NCBI RefSeq assembly: GCF_018977255.1
Contig: NW_024704743.1
Span: 25,856,001 to 25,920,000, forward strand
Reading direction: 5' to 3'
DNA length: 64,000 nucleotides
Source: Callorhinchus milii
Taxonomy: Eukaryota
Part shown: positions 61,301-64,000 of the stretch, piece by piece
How the letters are laid out: every line of letters begins with the position of its first letter
Numbering within the stretch: the stretch's first letter is position 1
Translations under genes and position numbers: made by a program
Notes under the pieces: model-generated
Databases searched by the model: none
Told to the model about the DNA's origin: nothing
The model's input: the letters and a program-made list of their open reading frames with translations, nothing else

Positions 61301-62794
61301 ATACAAAACACAGGAATGAGGTTCATTTCTGAGACTAGAATCCATAATGGTCACTAATACTACACAAAAAACATTAATTACATATTGTAAATTGTTGGTG
61401 TTGTTGCATCAAAAAACAGGCAATATAATATGATATATATATATGCATACATGAATTAATAAAAATAAGAAGAGAAATGTAGCTTTGCATTTCTAACTAA
61501 AACATTGGTTTTTTACTTTCTATGACTACATTTCCCCGTAATGATTGGGGCCTATTGAAAGGGTGAAAATTCTCCATCCAGTTTCATGCTGTTTTATGCT
61601 GGCAGGACACCTAACACGCAGTCTAGCATCCTGCTGTGTTCGTTTCCTGAGAAGTTAGACTGGGATAAGTAAAACTAGAGAAACAGCTTGTGCTTTGTTG
61701 TTACAGCACATATGTGTTAGGGTTTTGTTTCATCCTTTTTAACAACTATGTTTTTTCAATTTGGCTTATATCCTTAAGTATTTGGAGACTTGAAAAAATT
61801 GGTGGATATAAAAGTCCTTAAAAGAATGTGATTCTTACCACAAGCTGCATGTCATAATACAACATACAATACTTCTGTAATAGGCACCTTTTTAACTGGA
61901 ATATTCATTTTAAGAGTGATCGAGTCTGAGTGCATTCTGCATTGGTTCTTTGTTTAATGAGAACAGTGGAACATTTTAGTCACTATTATTGAATTGCTAT
62001 TTGAAGGATTTCTACTGTATTACACATGTGGAATTTTAACTTTTTTTTGGAAACTGTGGATTTTGCAACTGGACAGAATCAGTTCCTGTAGATTAATCCT
62101 GGTTTCCTTCAGTTTATTGGCCTGTGATAGGGTGTAGGAACTTGATCATTAATGACCACTATCACTGCAAAGCCTGCTTTTAATCACAAAAAGAGAAGCT
62201 TCCAAAGTGTACCTCTGTGTATTGTAACTCTGTACAATTATGCTTGCTGATAGTGTGTATTATAATGAAAGTGAAGTAATAGGATAATCACAAGGCACAG
62301 CTTCAGTGCAATATCAATGCTAGTGTTATGAATTTCATTGATATGGTCTATGGCACCGGGATGACTATTTTTATGAGGATTATGAATGGGTTTGAGTCAT
62401 GGTCAAAGCTGATGTGTTTTCATAAAACAAGAATGAGTTGTGAGTATAATTAGAAACAGCCACAATATAACCCTTTGGGTACTCAACTTCCTTCCCTCAT
62501 GGAAAAGAAACATATGTGGAGGATACCCTATGGGGAACAGCGGGATATGCACTTTATTCTGTGAGCGAGAAAGATCTCATCACGTAGAAGTGATAGAGTC
62601 ACAAGAGGAATACTGGACCTCAATTCTCTTCTCCCTACTGTATATAACATCTGCATCATAAGACATTGCTGAGAATTACATATTTATCAAAGCTGAATAA
62701 GGATGGGGTCAGGCTTGGCAGCGATGGTCCCACACATGGATATCCCACAGACTCTCCCAATCCAGGCTTGTACAATGCCAATGGCCATGTATAG

Positions 62795-63295
62795 GAATAA
62801 TAGCCCTTGCATTTATTATGGACCCTTATTACATCATTGAAACGTCTCGAAAAGTTTCATAGGAACTTTCTGTAAAGTGCAGTGACTGTGTATTTGTAGG
62901 TGAACATGGAAGCCAATTTACTCACAGCGATATCCCATAGCAATGATCAATTTATCTGATGGAGTGTTGGTCAGGACACTAGGAGACACTCTATTCTCTT
63001 TTTGTATAGTGCCATGGGATCTTTAACGTCCACATGAACAGGCATTATTATCTGATCTGAAGGGTGGCACTTCCGACAATGCCACACTGCACTGGAGCCA
63101 CATTACACATAATAATCACTCGGGCTGCATTTGGCCCACATTACGCATGCGGACCACATTATGCATGTGTAAAATAGTCTCGACCCAAGGGCTGCAACTT
63201 GACCATTCCTAGTTTAGACTATGAGCTCAACGTTCTGGTTTGGAGCTTGACACCACAACCTTCTGACTCAGAGGTGAGAGTGTTAACAACTGATA
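62795..63295 (-). mobile_element. Deu-domain SINE (family B) with an internal about 115-bp insert (63097-63212, possible hAT-MITE remnant)
   Basis: tagtgccatgggatctttaacgtccac core; head ccacaaccttctgactcagaggtgagagtg; insert ends gggctgcaacttgaccattcctagtttaga. Confidence 0.75.
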
Positions 63296-63488
63296 CCTGA
63301 CACTCGGGGAAATATCTAAAATATTAACATTCCTGTTGGATCCATACCTCAGAACAGGTCAGTTCATTCATGAAAGAGGAGTTAGAGAAGGAAATAAAAT
63401 CTAAAGGATTGAAGGAGATAGATGTTTAAAATCAATGACACTCAAATATTTTCAGAAATATAGTCATAATTGGTTAAGGCATGATTGT

Positions 63489-63803
63489 GGAGTCCTGTAG
63501 CTCAGTGGCTAGAGCACTCGCCTTGTAAGAGAGACACCTGGGTTCAATTCCAGGCAGGGCAAAACCTTGAGCAAGGTTCCTTACTCCACACTCCTAATAA
63601 TAATCCCTCCAAAACAAAAAAAATAATAAATCGGTCATTTTCAATCCACGACTGTTTGTGGGACACTGCTGTGCGCAATTGGCTGCTGCGTTTCGCCCAC
63701 AAATATACGGTCAAGTCATTTTATAATCTATTCTGTGAAGCGCTTTGAGATGTAGTGAAGAAATGAAAAGGGCTATATCAAATGCAAGGATTATTATTAT
63801 TAT
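63489..63803 (+). mobile_element. tRNA-derived SINE (family A, short form), full length
   Basis: A-box TAGCTCAGTGG, B-box GTTCAATTCC, body gctgtgcgcaattggctgc, 3' hairpin, (ATT)n tail. Confidence 0.92.
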
Positions 63804-64000
63804 TTTTTTTTTGGATATGCAGGAACCTATGTGTGATGGATATTTCCCCACATATTTGACCATATGGGGAGAATTATATGGTATGTGATGTGATTGCTGC
63901 ATTGCATATTTGCCCCTTACATAGAGTTAACTTCTCTATGGGATGTAACTCTAAACTTCACCATTGTAGAATTGCTTTATTTCTTCCCAGTTATCTCAAT

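Overview
Eukaryotic, repeat-rich vertebrate DNA. The repeat content (L2 and CR1 LINEs, tRNA-headed and Deu-domain SINEs) is typical of a cartilaginous fish, probably a holocephalan; this is an inference. The only host gene I can support is the 5' end of a naked cuticle gene (most like NKD2) on the minus strand: coding exons 1-3 at 36854-36830, 36539/36536-36510 and 35156-35014, spelling MGKFQSKH(A)ACKRRENPEGDSFVVNAYLSRRGLEEFERQRVAGGGGGGGGGVEQPKLRGYRRFSTT. Positions 1-35013 are then most likely its long intron 3 (exon 4 not recognised), and about 37000-64000 is upstream DNA. The exons sit among large simple and minisatellite arrays (33955-36160, 37106-39678), flanked by clusters of TCF/LEF motifs. 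The long ORFs in the track are L2/CR1 reverse-transcriptase fragments or translations of simple repeats. Main observations: (1) a minimal type-I hammerhead ribozyme motif split inside loop II by a young L2 insertion (7428-7446 plus 8941-8956); (2) two copies of a non-autonomous Helitron-like element; (3) a young L2 subfamily whose two copies share a C-terminal frameshift, one also lacking the 3' stem-loop; (4) a three-layer nested insertion; (5) covarying 3' hairpins shared by SINEs and L2; (6) a 2.6-kb three-domain minisatellite just upstream of the NKD start codon. No database searches were run, so family names come from recalled sequence signatures.
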